64,000 nucleotides of DNA. Origin: Octopus vulgaris. Lineage: Eukaryota. The stretch is from the NCBI GenBank assembly GCA_951406725.2, contig OX597824.1:86056001-86120000 (forward strand). The letters run 5' to 3'. Below are positions 24,755 through 39,513 of the stretch, in pieces. Below the pieces are notes generated by a model. That model was not told the DNA's origin. It saw only the letters and a list, made by a program, of their open reading frames with translations, and searched no databases. How positions within the stretch are numbered: the first letter of the stretch is position 1; the number at the start of each line of letters is the position of its first letter. A program made the position numbers and the translations under genes.

Positions 24755-25202
24755 AAAGTTGATGAGTCATGCCATATCTATTTGGGTTTTTATGCGTGAG
24801 ATCTTTGATGCTGTCTGAAATATCTATAAACCTTAATACATGAATTGAGGCTCTGTGAAAAATTATGGAAACTGTCCTCAGGGTTTCTATCCCCCCCATT
24901 GTCCTTGCAGTATAATACTAAACAAAGTTTTGGTGTGACAAGAAGCCATGGCCTTGCTGAAGGCAATACTAGCAATGATGGTGGTGGTGGTGGTGGGGGG
25001 GATTACAGTTATGTTGGTGATGGTGGTTGCGGCGGTGGTGGTGGTAGTAGTGGTGGATGTATCTGTGATTATGACAATGGTGCTGAACCTTATTTTAGCT
25101 GTTGTGTATTGTTGTTGTAGGTGCAGCCCTAGCTATAGTTTTTGTTGTAGGGAATATAGTTGTGTTTATTGTAAGTGAAGGCATGTAGCCAAGTGGTTAG
25201 GG

Positions 25203-25421
25203 CAGTGCTTTTCAAACTTTTTGCTGGAGCGGAACCCCAAGGAAACATTCCACTGGCTCGAGGAACCCCTGTGCAATAATCTAATAGTTTTATGCACACA
25301 TATCTGCACAGGAGAATTAAAAATTACTGCCGATTTTAGCAGTTTTGTAACTTCTTGCAGAACCCCTGGACTGTACTGGCAGAACCCTAAGGTTCCGCGG
25401 AACCCTGGTTGAAAACCACCG
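25203..25421. mobile_element. hAT-type MITE inserted in a SINE head
   Basis: Ends cagtgcttttcaa / ttgaaaaccaccg; exact 8-bp TSD ggttaggg (25195-25202, 25422-25429). Confidence 0.85.
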
Positions 25422-25769
25422 GGTTAGGGTATATGGCTTGCGATCAGTAGGTCATGAGTTCAATATCCTGCACTGCGTTATGTCCTTGAGCAAGGCAATT
25501 TTATTTCTTGTTGCTCCAGGGATAAATGAGTATTACCTGTAATCCTGCTGAATCTCCCAGCAGTCATTTCACTGTGGCCATACTGGAGCTCTGCCTTTAG
25601 TCGAGCAACCCAACCCCAGGACTTATTCTTTGTAAGCCTAGTACTTATTCTATCAGTATCCTATCTTTTTCTATCTTTTTGCTGAACCGCTAAGTTACAG
25701 GGACGTAAACACATCAGCATCGGTTGTCAAGCAATGTTGGGGGAACAAACACAGACACACAAACATATG

Positions 25770-25817
<48 letters not shown>

Positions 25818-26031
25818 TGCATGCATACATACATACATATACACATACATATATATATATATATATATGACAGGCTTCTTTCAGTTTCCATCTATCAAAT
25901 CCACTCAAGGCTTTGGTCAGCCTGAGGCTATAGTAGAAGACACTTGCCCAAGGTGCCACTCTGTGGGACTGAACCCAGAACCATGTGGTTGGTAAGCAAG
26001 CTACTTACCACACAGCCACTCCTGCGCCTTG

Positions 26032-26142
26032 ATGTGAAGAATTGTGGCTAACAGGTGATTCTGTCATCATCTTCATCCTCCTTTGACATTAAATGGTGGT
26101 GATGATGATGATAGATCACCTGTTAGCCACAATTCTTCACAT
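26032..26142. repeat. Inverted repeat with 28-bp perfect arms
   Basis: atgtgaagaattgtggctaacaggtgat / atcacctgttagccacaattcttcacat around a tcatcatc..gatgatga spacer. Confidence 0.9.
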
Positions 26143-29100
26143 ATGTCTACTCTATCTTGGAAATAATATCAACGACTCCTCAAAATCCTGAAACTCTCAA
26201 ACCAGGGCCTCCTCTACATGATGCAATTTAGTCGTACCGTTGCAGCTGATGTGATATAGTCATAGTAATTGTGCTGCTAGCGATAGAAATAAAAATAATG
26301 GCAGTGGTTACTGTAGGATTGGAGATGAATGGTGGTTGTTGTGTAATCCAGGTCAAGCAGTCTTGTGTCATTCAGGTTATTATTAGTTGAACAAAAACAT
26401 GATCCACATCCATGTTGACATATTGCCAGCTATATCGTCTCCCAAGGTGGTGGTGGTGATAGTAAACCACAGGCGGTGGCAATAGTAGCTGTAGCAATCG
26501 TATTGATGATAGCTGTAATAGTAGCTGTATGATTTGTAAGGTGGGGAGAGTGAATGGGGTTTGTCTTACACCAGTGACCTCCCCTGTTTTGACCAGTTGT
26601 TCACTGTTTCCTCATTGTTGATATCATTCCCTATATACACACAAATATAAATTCTTTCCCAAATAAATTGCACTTCATATTCAAGGCTCCAATGAAGCTA
26701 TGAGTCCATTGCCTCTTATAGCAGAAACAGCTGTTAGCCAATGAAGTTCATAAGATAATCCTTTATTCCTTTGTCATCTCTCCTTCTTATTACTGCTCTC
26801 TATTCAGCTAACGTAGAGGCACATGGCCTAGTGGTTAGAGCAGCGGACTTGCGGTCGAGGGATCGTGGGTTCAAATCTCAGACCAGGCGATGTGTGTGTT
26901 TATGAGCGAAACACCTAAGCACACACATGAGTACTCTTAATGTAGTTCTCAGGGAGATTCAGCAGGCTTACAAAGAATAAGTCCTGGGGTCGATTTGCTC
27001 GACTAAAGGCAGTGCTCCAGCATGGTCGCAGTCAAATGACTGAAACAAGTAAAAGAGTAAAGAGTTCAACCTACATAAGTTAAAGTAAGTAAAGCAAAAT
27101 AGGAATTTTGAAAGATGCACTATAAAACTAGTTTCTAAATATCAAATGGAAGTGGGGGTCCACCTGAGTAAAATAGTAATCAAAGGGGGGCATAGGTAAA
27201 AAAACTATTGAGAACCACTGATCTATACCTGTTTCTGTAGAGAGTACATTTGCCTGTCTTGCTGCTTATTAGACTATGTAACCTCATATTTTGTCTGTTC
27301 ACTTGGTGTCATGTTGATAGGTAAAGTTACATAAACCTTTATAAAAAATAAGCAGCCACATGACACAGACATTTAAAACAGAAATGATAGTTTTGGCACA
27401 ATGGGTAGCTGTGCATTGTGGGTGATCACTGAGGGTGGGTTTTTGGTGTACAAGCAGAACTGATCACTGGCCTGTGTTATCACTCAGCAATCTGTGATAA
27501 GCATGATAATAATTAAATAAATAAATAATAAATGCAACCTTTTAAAGCCTAAGCCAGGCTCATGGGCCCGGTTTCCCGGTTTCTGTAGCGTATGTGTTCC
27601 CCAGCTGGACGGGATGCCAGTCCATCGCAGTGTTACTCATTTTTGCCAGCTGAGTGGACTGGAGCAACGTGAAATGAAGTGTTTTGCTCAAGAACACAAT
27701 GCATCGCCCGGTCCAGGAATCGAAACCACAATCTTACAATCATGATGCTGACACCCTAACCACTAAGCCACGTGCCTCCACGATAAGAATGATATGGTTC
27801 ACAATTGAGTGTACCATGTTGTTCCAGATCAGTGATGAATGAATCAGTGATAAATGAAGTTACTTGCATACACATACAAATAAATTCTCGTTATCATTTT
27901 GCATTCTTCTCCATGTTAGAATATGTTGGCCGGTTTTCACCATATCTTGTCATTCATTGCCATCCTTTGTCATCAGGTACACCTACAGATAAAACTGACA
28001 GTTTTGTTGTGAATGTCAAGGTTGGTATGACTGTGTTCTTCCTATCACCAACCACTTTACAATATGAACTGCCATTAGAGAAATTGTCCATAGCAAGACT
28101 AAAAGATCTCTTCTTGCCTGTATCAGTCTTCAGATGGAATGAGTTTAGCTGGCCATTGGTGTTTGGACACTAGCAATTTGGCACGGCTGATCGGTCATTG
28201 AACCTATAGGTATTTCATCTGCCGTTACGTTCTGAGTTCAAATTCCTCCGAGGTTGACTTTGCCTTTCATCTTTTCGGGGTTGATAAATTAAGTACCAGT
28301 TACGCACTGGGGTCGATATAATCGACTTAATCCGTTTGTCTGTCCTTGTTTGTCCCCTCTGTGTTTAGCCCCTTGTGGGTAGTAAAGAAATAAGTATTTC
28401 GTCTGTCTTTACGTTCTGAGGGTTTAACTACCAAGGAAGTGATAGTGACTGATTGTCAAGAATAAAAGGTCACCTTGAGCATGTCAGGAGATAAAGGTAG
28501 GGAAGGTCCTGGCAATGTACCCTGGTAGAGTAGAGGAAGATGGGTAAGAACTGAAGCGGGGTTGTTGATGTATTTCAGTTCTGCAGATGTATTTCAACAT
28601 TGACCGTACCTAAATAATAACAGCAGAATTGTTGGTAATGATTATTAATTAATTAATTAATAATAGCAAAAAATGAATAATTTCCTACTGATTGCTTACA
28701 ACTTGATGTATATGGGTTATTTTTTTGTTTGCTTTTTTTTTATTTATTTATTATTTTTTTTTTTTGCTGCATATACCCAAGATGCTTTTTTGAGAGAAGT
28801 GAGATGGCTTGCAATAACAATACTGAAGCTGTAGAACTTGTGAACTAAAAATGTGTTGATTGATGAGCCATATATGTGTATGTGCATGTATATATGTGTG
28901 TGTGCATGTATATATGTATGTGTGCATGTAGACATTCACTTACATTCATGCAGAAAGATCTGCAGCTGTTAATGCAATTTTTGAAATTAGATTTTTGGTT
29001 GTTGCAATTTTTTTTTATTAGATTCTTTATTACCATTATTGCATTTCTTTAATGCTTTTTGTTTTTACAATTGATTTCCATTACCAGAGCATTTAACAGA

Positions 29101-29980
29101 TTAAATTTTATTTATTTATCTTTGCTCTGCTTTACATGATTTATAAAAATTTTCTCCGGGGGAAGAAAAAAAAAATTTTAATTATCTGTATGACAAACTC
29201 CTGCACCATTTCCATCTTCAAAATTTTGCTTACAAGGCATCGACTAATCAGTCCAAGTCTTTGATAGAAGACACTTGCCCAAGGTGTCATGCACTGAAAC
29301 TGAACTTAAAGGCGGTGAGCTGGCAGAAACGTTAGCAAGCCGGGCGAAATTCTTATCAGTATTTCGTGCGTCTTTGCGTTCATCACCATCATCATCATCA
29401 TCGTTTAACGTCCGCTTTCCATGCTAGCATGGGTTGGACGATTTTGACTGAGGGCTGGCGGACCAGATGGTTGCACCAACCTTGATTTGGCAGAGTTTCT
29501 ACTGCTGGATGCCCTTCCTAACGCCAACCACTCTGAGAGTGTAGTGGGTGATTTTTACATACCACCAGCACGGGGGCCAGTCAGGCGGTACTGGCACTGA
29601 CCTCGCTCGAATCCTTTTACACATGCCACCGGCACAGGTGCCATTAAGACGACGTTGGTAATGATCATGCTTGAATGGTGCCTTTTACATGCCACCGGCA
29701 CGGAAGCCAGTTGGCTGCTCTGGTAACGATCACGCTCGGATGGTGCTCTTGGCACCCTACTAGCACGGGCACAAGTGCCAGTAAGGCGACGCTGGTAACG
29801 ATCACGCTCAAATGGTACCCTTTAAATGTCACTGGCACGGAAGCCGGTTAGCCGCTCTGTCAATGATCACGCTCGTATGGTGCTCTTTGCACCATACGAG
29901 TACAAATTCCACCGAGATCAACTTAGCCTTTTATCCTTTCAAGATCAATTAAATAAGTACCAGTTACACACTGGGATCGT

Positions 29981-30022
<42 letters not shown>

Positions 30023-31408
30023 TGTTCTGAAGAAATTTAACCCATATCTGGTGGTGGTGGTGGTGTGGTATTCTATGTTCAGTATGGATTGGAACATTGC
30101 ACATGCTAAAGTTGATTTCTATAACATCTACTTCAAGATCTTACAGTTGTGAGTTCAAACCTACTCAGGGTTAGATTTCCAATTAGTCCTTTTGTGTGGG
30201 TATAAACGAATACTTGTAACATGTTGGAAGTAGGGGAATTTAGTGTGTTCTTATCGGTGTATGATAGTGTTGGTAGTGGTGATAGTGTTTTATGTATAGT
30301 AGTGCTAGTGATAGCAGATGTTTTTTGTGTTGTAGTAATGGTGGTAGTAGTGGGGTTTTGTGTGTGTGGCAATGATAATAGTGTTTTGTGAGTGTGATGG
30401 TGGTGGTGGTAGTGGTGCTTTGCCTGTTGTGGTGTCTTGTATGTAGCTGTAATGGTTGCGGTGGTGGTAGTGTATTGCATGTAATGGTGGTGGTGGTAGT
30501 GGTGGTAGTCATGGTGTTGATTTGCATGTAGTTTTATGATGGTCGTGCGGAGCACCTGCCTTTATTTTTTTTGTTCTACATCACCTGCCGTCAATTCTAC
30601 AAGAATGACCTTTGACCTAAGGAAAGTGTTTAGAAGTAGGAGTGGTGGATGGATGAATGGATGGATGGAGTAGTATGGGTGTGTGTAGTGGGTTTTTGTT
30701 GATGCATTGTCAGTTGTATCTGGATGATGCGGGGAGGCTGACAAACATAACTAATTACATTATTTCCCTTCATACTGCCTCTCTTTTTTTTATCTCCTCT
30801 TTTTTTGTTACATCCCTTCTCCATTTCCATCACCCACCACCATCTCCACCACCACCACGCCACAAGCATGTGTTTAGAAGTGCACGCCTACATATGCTTT
30901 TGAAAGTATATGTGCACGCACGCATGCACACACAAACACAAACACACACGCTCAGTTATTTTCATTCAACTACACATGGTATATATATGTATGCCAACTG
31001 CATTAAACGAATCACGTGTACCTTATAAACCGAGAAATGTAAACACTGCATTTAATCATACACACACACATACACACACATGTGCACATACATATACACA
31101 CTCGCTCACACATGCACGCATAAAGATTTAGAAAGCCGTGAAATCAGTCAAACACTCGACCTATTTAACGAAATGTCCTTCAAAAGTGAACAGCGTCACC
31201 AAATTAGGTTCAAACGAGAGACACCACCCTGCCTTGCCCTAGTTTACGTGATAATTAAATAAATACTGCTGTACTGTTTTGCCAATATACTGTGTACCAC
31301 CACACTGCACTACACAGCGATGGGACAGTTATATCATTCAGCTTTTTGCTTTTGGCTCAATCAGATGAAAGCAAGGGTAATATCCATGATATTTAGCAGG
31401 GTGTTTAA

Positions 31409-31628
31409 CCCTTTAGTGTTTAAACCGGCCATATCTGGCCCAGATATTCTACATGTTTTATATTCAAACTGGCCGTATCCAGCCTCTTACACCTAACCTA
31501 CATTGACATTCTAAAAATAGACACTCACATCATTGAAACCTCAAAGATATAACATAATGCATGATTAATTCAAAACAATTTGAGTGAAAAAGTATTACAT
31601 TTAACAGAGTAATCTGAACACTAAAGGG
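31409..31628. mobile_element. piggyBac-type MITE
   Basis: TTAA on both flanks; TIR ccctttagtgtt / aacactaaaggg. Confidence 0.85.
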
Positions 31629-32705
31629 TTAAGGCTAGATAGAAGAGAGAGAAGGAGCAACCCGGGTTTGTTCGGTTTCCTCTGTAGAATAGAGTATATT
31701 GAAATATTAAGCTAGTTATAATGTTGTGTCTCTGGAGGGTCTTTATGCCAGTAATTAAAACGTGTAATGATTCTGTTTCGTGACATTTTTATTAACAAAT
31801 TAATTAGTTAACCGTCTAACTGATTAACTGAGTTATAAAAATAAAGAAGTGAAACAGAATTGGTGTTTGTGTTTATTGTCGCCTTACTGGCACTTGTGCC
31901 AGTGTGCAGGTGACACGTAAAATTTAAAAAAACAGATTTTTTTTTGTGGCCATTGCCAGTACCAATTTCTTTACTGCTCACAAGGGGCTACACACAGAGG
32001 GGACAAACAAGGACAGATAAATGGATTAAGTCGATTATATCAACCCCAGTGTGTAACCGGTACTTATTTAATCGACCCCGAAAGGATGAAAGGCAAAGTT
32101 GACCTCGGCGGAATTTGACACCTGACTGGCCCTCATGCCAGTGGCACGTAAAAGCACCCACTGCACTCTCGGAGTGGTTGGCGTTAGGAAGGGCATCCAG
32201 CTGTAGAAACTCTGCCAGATCAAGATTGGAGCCTAGTGCAGCCATCTGGTTTGCCAGCCCTCAGTCTGGAAAGCGAACGTTAAACAATGATGATGATGAT
32301 TGACACAATGACGCACCCAAGAAAATCAACAAAATATATATTTCAACAGATGAGTTCACATCAAGAATCTTGCAAACCAAATACAAAAAGACGAAACTAT
32401 TTATTGTCTCATTGAAGATGGCAAGCTGTTAGAATTATTAACATATTGGACAAAATGCTTAGCAGCATTTCTTCCAGCTCTTTACATTCCGGACTCAAAT
32501 TCTGCCAAAGTCAACTTTACCTTTCATACTTACAGGTCAAAAAGGCAACTTAACTTGCTTCCCTTAAAATTGCTGGACTTATGCCAATATTTCAAACCAT
32601 TTATTCTCTAACTGGAAACCTAGTCCAAGTGCTTCCCACAGTAGAGACTCCTCTAAAGGCACCCATTGACATATACATACATCTGTGTGTGTGTGTGTAT
32701 ATATA

Positions 32706-33157
32706 TTGGGTCATCTCATAAATAATGCAGTTTTTTTTTTATACTTCTTTTAGTTTTCAAAGTTAAGATAAACAAAGCTCTTTTTTAATCTAAAATATAC
32801 TCTCCTTCATTTTCTCCAAAGCTCTTCCATCTATCTGGTAGACTTGCAAGACCCTTCTTCCAAAATTCACTTGTCCATGACATAAAATACTTCTCTAGTA
32901 CTGTTCTGACTGCATCTACAGAATTCACATTTTTTCCGTCCAAATGATTTTGCAGACTGCAGAATAAATGATAATCAGATGGGGCAATGTCCAGTGAATA
33001 TGGTAGGAGGGGCATCGTTTCCCATTCAAAATGCTCCAGCCTTTTGGATTGTCATCCTTGCTGTATGTGGCCAAGCATTATCCTGATGGAAGAACACCTT
33101 TTGTCTTGAAGCCAAAGATGGTCGTTTTTCTTCTAGCGCTGACTTAAGCCTCTCAAG
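32706..33157 (-). mobile_element. Mariner transposase 3' remnant with one TIR
   Basis: PYSLDIAPSDYHLFCSLQNHLDGK...FWKKGLASLPDRW (YSPDLAPxD motif of DD34D mariners); TIR ttgggtcatc preceded by TA. Confidence 0.88.
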
Positions 33158-33905
33158 CTGCTCACAGTAGATCTCCTATATATATATATATACACATACA
33201 TACATACACTGTGTGGTACCTTGCGCAAGTGTTTTCTACTATAGCCTCAGGCCAACCAAAGCTTTGTGAGTAGATTTGGTAGACAGAAACTGAAAGAAGC
33301 CCATCGTATATATATATATATATATATGTGTGTATGTTTGTGTCTGTGTGTCTGTGTCCCCCCAGCATCACTTGACAACCAATGGTGGTGTGTTTACGTC
33401 CCTGTAATATAGCGGTTCGGCAAAAGAGACCAATAGAATAAGTACTAGGCTTACAAAGAATAAGTCCTGGTGTTGATTTGCTAAAGGCGGTGCTCCGGCA
33501 TGGCCGCAGTCAAATGACTGAAACAAGTAAAAGAGTAAAAGAGATACACACACACACACAACAGGCTATGGTATTGTTCAACCCAGGGGCTACAGTAGGA
33601 CTGTATCTGAAGCCACAAGGTATTGGTCAACCTAGGACTGAACCTGAAGCCACCTGGTTTCAAAGCAAGCTTCTTAACCACACAGCCATGCTTCCTTAAC
33701 TCTTTGCCTTCCTTTTAATTAATTCTTTTAGGTACGGGTCAATGAATGCTTGAACATGAAGCTCTGTCTGCAAGAATATTGAAAACTAATATTTTGAAAT
33801 AGAATCGCATTGCCTTCTTCAGTTGATAGGATACAATCAGAATTACTTATCAATGACTTTCTTCTGTCAGCAGCCAGTCACAAAGTGTTGAGCACTTCGC
33901 TTTCT

Positions 33906-33984
<79 letters not shown>

Positions 33985-35957
33985 ATACTTCAGACCAATC
34001 CATTTGGATGTTTACTTTTCTTTCTTTTTCAGTTGTTCTGTCATCTAAATAAACAATCACAATTAGTTTGAGTTAAGGAGAGAACTCTTATGTGAATACT
34101 GGATCTGCTAGAAATAGCAGTCAGATCTCCTTCTAGTCACACTCAGCCATTTAAAAAAAGGAAAATATTAAACAATTAATGTAATCATAGGACCTCGATG
34201 TGGTCACTCAACATGCATGAAATAGCAGTCAGATCTCCAAATAGAAACACATTAAACAATGTTGCCAGAGGAGCTCTATAAATACATTTGGGGTCGATAA
34301 ATTAAGTACCAGTTACGCACTGGGGTCGATGTAATTGACTTAATCCGTTTGTCTGTCCTTGTTTGTCCTCTCTGTGTTTGGCCCCTTGTGGGTAGTAAAG
34401 AAATAGGTTCTACTCAGTTTTACCAGATGAGTGGACTGGAATAATGTGAATAAAATGTCTTGTTCAAGGATATAAGATGCCACCTGGTATTGGACTCATG
34501 ACCTTGTAATAATGAGCTGAATACCCTAACCACTGTCATACACCTTCACTCACACACACACACACACACATACAGAGTCACACATGCACATAAATGTTCA
34601 TGTGTGTGCCAGCCTCGCCTGGCACGTAAAAAGCACCCACTACACTCACGGAGTGGTTGGCGTTAGGAAGGGCATCCAACTGTAGAAACATTGCCTGATC
34701 AGACTGGAACCTGGTGCAGCCTTCTGGCTTCTCAGATCCTGGTCGAACTGTCCAACCCATGCCAGCATGGAAAACGGACATTAAACGATGATGATGATGT
34801 GTGCGTGTGTATATTTATATATACGTGGGTGTATATATAAATATATGTGTTTGTTAATTACTGTGTTTTCCATACTAACGTAAATGGGATGGGTAGATCC
34901 TGTTCTCTTTGTCAACTTTTCTTTGTCTTTGAAGTAAGTGATTTGTATTCTAGAGGTCTTCAAAAGCAAAGACCAGCTGGTCATAGTATCAATAATGAAT
35001 ATAAACATTAGGTAGTGCCCCAGTATGGCCACAGTCCAGTGGCTGAAACAAGTAAAAGATAAAAGATACCACTACTTTGCTCAAATGAGAACAAGTGTGA
35101 AATAAATCCTTAATATCCTTTAAAATGTTTTAGCCCGAAGGCCGCGGCCATGCTGGGGCACCACCTAATGTTTATATTCATTATTGATACTATCGACATT
35201 TATTTACATTTACATTTACATTGCATGCACCCCAACAATCAGAATACATGGCTGTACCGCCTGACTGGCCCTTGTGCCAGTGGCACATAAAAGCACCCTC
35301 TACACTCTTGAAGTGGTTAGCATTAGGAAGGGCATCCAGCTGTAGAAACTCTACCAGATCAAGATTGGAGCCTGGTGCAGCCATCTGGTTCGCCAGCCCT
35401 CAGTCAAAATCGTCCAACCCATGCTAGCATAGAAAGCAGACGTTAAACGGTAATGATGATGATGCGCACACACACACACACACACATACACACGTTCTAC
35501 TACTGAAATTTTGGGGGAGGAAGTAGTCAATCACGTCAGCCCCACTGCTCAACTGGTACTTATTTTAATGACCCCCCCCCAAAAAAAAAAAGAATGAAAG
35601 GTAAAGTTGACCATGGCACAATTTGAACTCAGAATGCAAAGATGGATGAAATACTGCTAAGCATTTTGTCTGGCATGCTAACAATTCTGCCAGCTTGCCA
35701 CCTTACGCACACACAAAATTTGAATTTTATTCTACTTGTGCAGCACAATTTCATATCAGTAAATAGATTTTACATTATTTGACATTAATATGCTTCTAGC
35801 AGGCTATTTCAAGTTTATTTTGGAAGTGGGGTGACTACACAATGCCAATGAGCAGCAAAATCTGTAAAACATTATGTGTTCTTTATTTATTTCCAGAGCA
35901 GTTTCATTTCACCTAGCATTTGAAGAATACTTTTTGTTTTAATACTATCATATTTAA

Positions 35958-36157
35958 CCCTTTAGCATTTAAACCAGCCGTGTTTGGCCAAAATAATGTG
36001 TCTGTTTTATCTTCAAACTGGGCAGATCCAGCTTCTCATACTTACCTTACGATATTTTTATAAAAATAAACAATCACATCATTGAAATCTCAAAGCCACA
36101 ATGTTAATGCATGACTAAACCAAATCATTGTGAATAAATAGTCTGAATGCAAAAGGG
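35958..36157. mobile_element. piggyBac-type MITE, diverged copy
   Basis: ttaa|ccctttagcattt ... aatgcaaaaggg|ataa; body homologous to 31409-31628. Confidence 0.75.
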
Positions 36158-37446
36158 ATAAAGGGAGTTACTCCCAGATGAAATGCCACAGTTGCTATGA
36201 GTTAAACCACTTGGAACAATGGGATTTTTGTTGGGTGGAAATTGTAAAGGCATTGCCTGAAAGAATGGCTTCTAGTTGTTTCTGATGGGTCAGGAGTGAA
36301 GCATATATATATACTACTTGGAATAACCTGAGTAATAACTGATGGAGCTCCAACTATTCAGCTAATTTGAAAGTACCCTAGGGTCCAGTGAAGATAGAAG
36401 GTGTTGTGTTGTAAGATGTGTGTTATACAGTATAATAGGTTATTCATCCATTACTGCACAGTTTTACCAGTGTGGATTTTTATTACAATCTACACTAGTG
36501 AAACTGTGCAGTAACAGATGAGTAATTATCATGTACCCACTCTATCAGTATTGAGTCCTTTTGTTTTTGTTTTTTTTTTTGGGGGGGGCTATAGTAATAA
36601 AATTTCCTTCGTATTGCATCGTTGCATCTTAAAAACAGAATGGCACATTAAGTAATCAAGTCCTTGATACATTCTTTGGATAAAATAAAACAACAGGGAT
36701 TGTCATGGCTGGAATGCTTTTGATCATAGATCTGCTTCCTTCAAGCTAACCTGTGGCTAAACAATAGCAATAACAACAAATGGACTTTCCAGCTGACCTA
36801 ATTCTCTCCAATCCACACCACCCCCACCATTTCTCTCTCTCTCTCTCTCTCTCTCTCATTCTTCCTCCCTCTCTTCGTTTTCCTGATACTCTTATAGGCC
36901 AGCCCACTCTTATGTATATCACAAAGCAACTTCTGTTATCATCATTATCCTCATCAAAACAAACAAGCTGACAACCTCCGCTTTCATGGCTGAGCAGTTG
37001 ACTGTAAAGGATAGATTAGAACGGAGGTGGGGGTGGGGGAATAGGAGAAGGAGGGAGTAGTGTGTGTGTGTGTGTGAAAGAGAGAGATTGATGGAGGATG
37101 AGGAAGGAAAAAAACCCGCTTTTTATCAATGGTTTCTTTTATACACTTTTCTTTCCTCTTCCTACAACTACCTCCTTCTCCTTCTGGGATGCATCTTCTA
37201 CTTTCCCCTTTCCGTTCAGCACCTTTCTCTTTGCTTTTTGTCTCCCCCACCCACCAGCTGTTTCTTCTCCCTCCCACTTTCATTGATTCCTTACTCTCCC
37301 CTCCTCTATCTCATATCCATGGTTTTTTTACACTCCCCACTCCCTGCCTCCACCCTCCACTTACTACTTTTCCCTTTCCTCATCTGCTCCATTTTTTTCT
37401 CCTTTCCTTCTTTTCCTAACATCTTTTACTCCCCTTTGATATTAAT

Positions 37447-37489
<43 letters not shown>

Positions 37490-39513
37490 CCTCCCTCCCC
37501 TTACATCTTATAACTCACCCTCATCCTCAGACCTCAGGTTATTGTGGAAATATAATATCTGGTCTTTGCTAATGCTACAGAAGTACCTCCCCTTCTATCT
37601 GCCTGCCTGACTCTCTCCCTCTCTCCCCTCCCCCTCTCTCTCACATACACTCTCTCCCTCTCTCCCCCTCTCTCTCTTACTCTCTCAATTCCATATATCT
37701 CTTTCTGTCCATGTTTACAATTGCTTGCATTACATAAAGAAAACTTTACGTATTCCTTACACTCTGTCTTTCTCTTACAGTTATATTGTCTATTCATATC
37801 GTACACACATACATACTCATTGTTTCTTTCTCTCTCTCAAACACTTTTTCCTTACATACGTACTTGTGTGTGTGTGTGTGTGTGAATATATGCACATGTT
37901 TACGCATACATACACACATATACACATACATACACGCCTTTTACTTTCACTTTCAATCCAGTCTCTATTTCCCTTATTTCAAAGTGACTTAGCAGCAGGT
38001 CAGCCCTGACTGAGCAGACACATGATCAAAGACGTTCCATCTGAGGAAATCCTGTCTTCTTTCAGACACACATTATAACTATGTATACTTTTTTGTTTTT
38101 CTCTCTTGTGTTATTTATTTGAGGTTTTTTTCTGTTGAAATCCACTAGCCTGTGATTTGAGGGAAATTTGGTTGTTATTTCTAGCAGTTCAAGTGACCAT
38201 GTAGAAGCTTCTCTTCTGGCATGTTGACCGAGGGACCACATTGGTTGTGACCAGCTTGTGCACAGTCTTCACTCTTAATTACTGTTATTGAGCTAGTCAG
38301 GTGGTCTCTGCTTGGTTGGTTTATCTACTGCAGTGATATTCAACCAGGGTTCATATGGCCCTGAGGACCTATGTAAAATTCTTAGGGGTCCACGCAGGTG
38401 GTTTCTGCTTGGTTGGTTTATCTACTGCAGTGATTTTCAACCAGGGTCCATATGGCCCTGAGGACCTATGTAAAACTCTTAGGGATCCACGCAGCAAAAT
38501 AGTAAATTGGGGATCCACAATAGTATTTTAAGGGCCCCTGAAAAAATGTTGCTTTAGGTTATGTATTGCATGATAGATGCACATGAGCATCACTAGAATG
38601 CAAGCTGTGGCCTTTGTTTTCAATCTTCCATGTAAACATGTCTGATCATGGGTAAATATGACCCTATCTGGAAACAGGCAAGGGTTGGTGACAGGAAGGT
38701 CATCCAGCCATAGAAAATGTACTTCAAATTCTGTCTGACCCATGTGGGCATGAAAAAGTGGACATTAAAACGACAACGATGATGATGATGATGATACCAT
38801 CAAACATTGGAAAAAAACAAAAAATTGAAGTGTTGTTCATCTTGCAGATGTAGGACTTTTCAAAGATGGTTAAATGTTTCATTAAGATAGTTCCAAGATA
38901 ATTGTTTCATTAAGGCGCATGGCTTGATAGTTAAGGGTATTTGGCACACGATCATAAAGTTGGGAGTTCAAATCCCAGCGACATGTTGTGTCCTTGAGCA
39001 AGACACTTTATTTCACATTTCACCAGTCCACTCAGCTGGCAAAAGTGGGTAGTACCTCTATTTCAAAGGGCCAGATTTGTCAGATTCTGTATCACGCTGA
39101 ATCTCCCTTTAAGGGTACATGTGTTTGTGTAGTGCTCAGCCACTTGCACGTTAATTTCACAAGCAGGCTGTTCCGTTGATCAGGTGAACTGGAACCCTCA
39201 TTGTCATAACCGACGGAGTGCCATTAAGTGTTTCATTGTGCATTTGGGGCAATGCATGTGTTAATTCTACATGCCCCTGTTGAACTACTTGCATGTGGAA
39301 GTTGAGAATTTTCTTTTACTCATTTCAGTCATTGGACTGTGGCCATACTGGAGCACTGACTGGAATGGTTTAGTGCAACAAATTGTCCCCAGTACTTATT
39401 TTTTTATTTTTAAAGTCTGGTAACTATTCTATCAGTCTCTTTTGCCACAGAGATGTAAACAAACCAACACCGGTTGTCAAGTATTGGTGGAAAACAAAAA
39501 CAATACATACATG

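Noticed and set aside
34781-35032. Minus-strand ORF MTSWSLLLKTSRIQ.. with a gttagt donor-like site
   Set aside because: No recognisable homology or partner exons, and both ends run into repeats.
38303-38495. ~98-bp tandem duplication at a hAT-like end
   Set aside because: Ordinary local duplication in a decayed TE fragment; no second terminus or TSD found.
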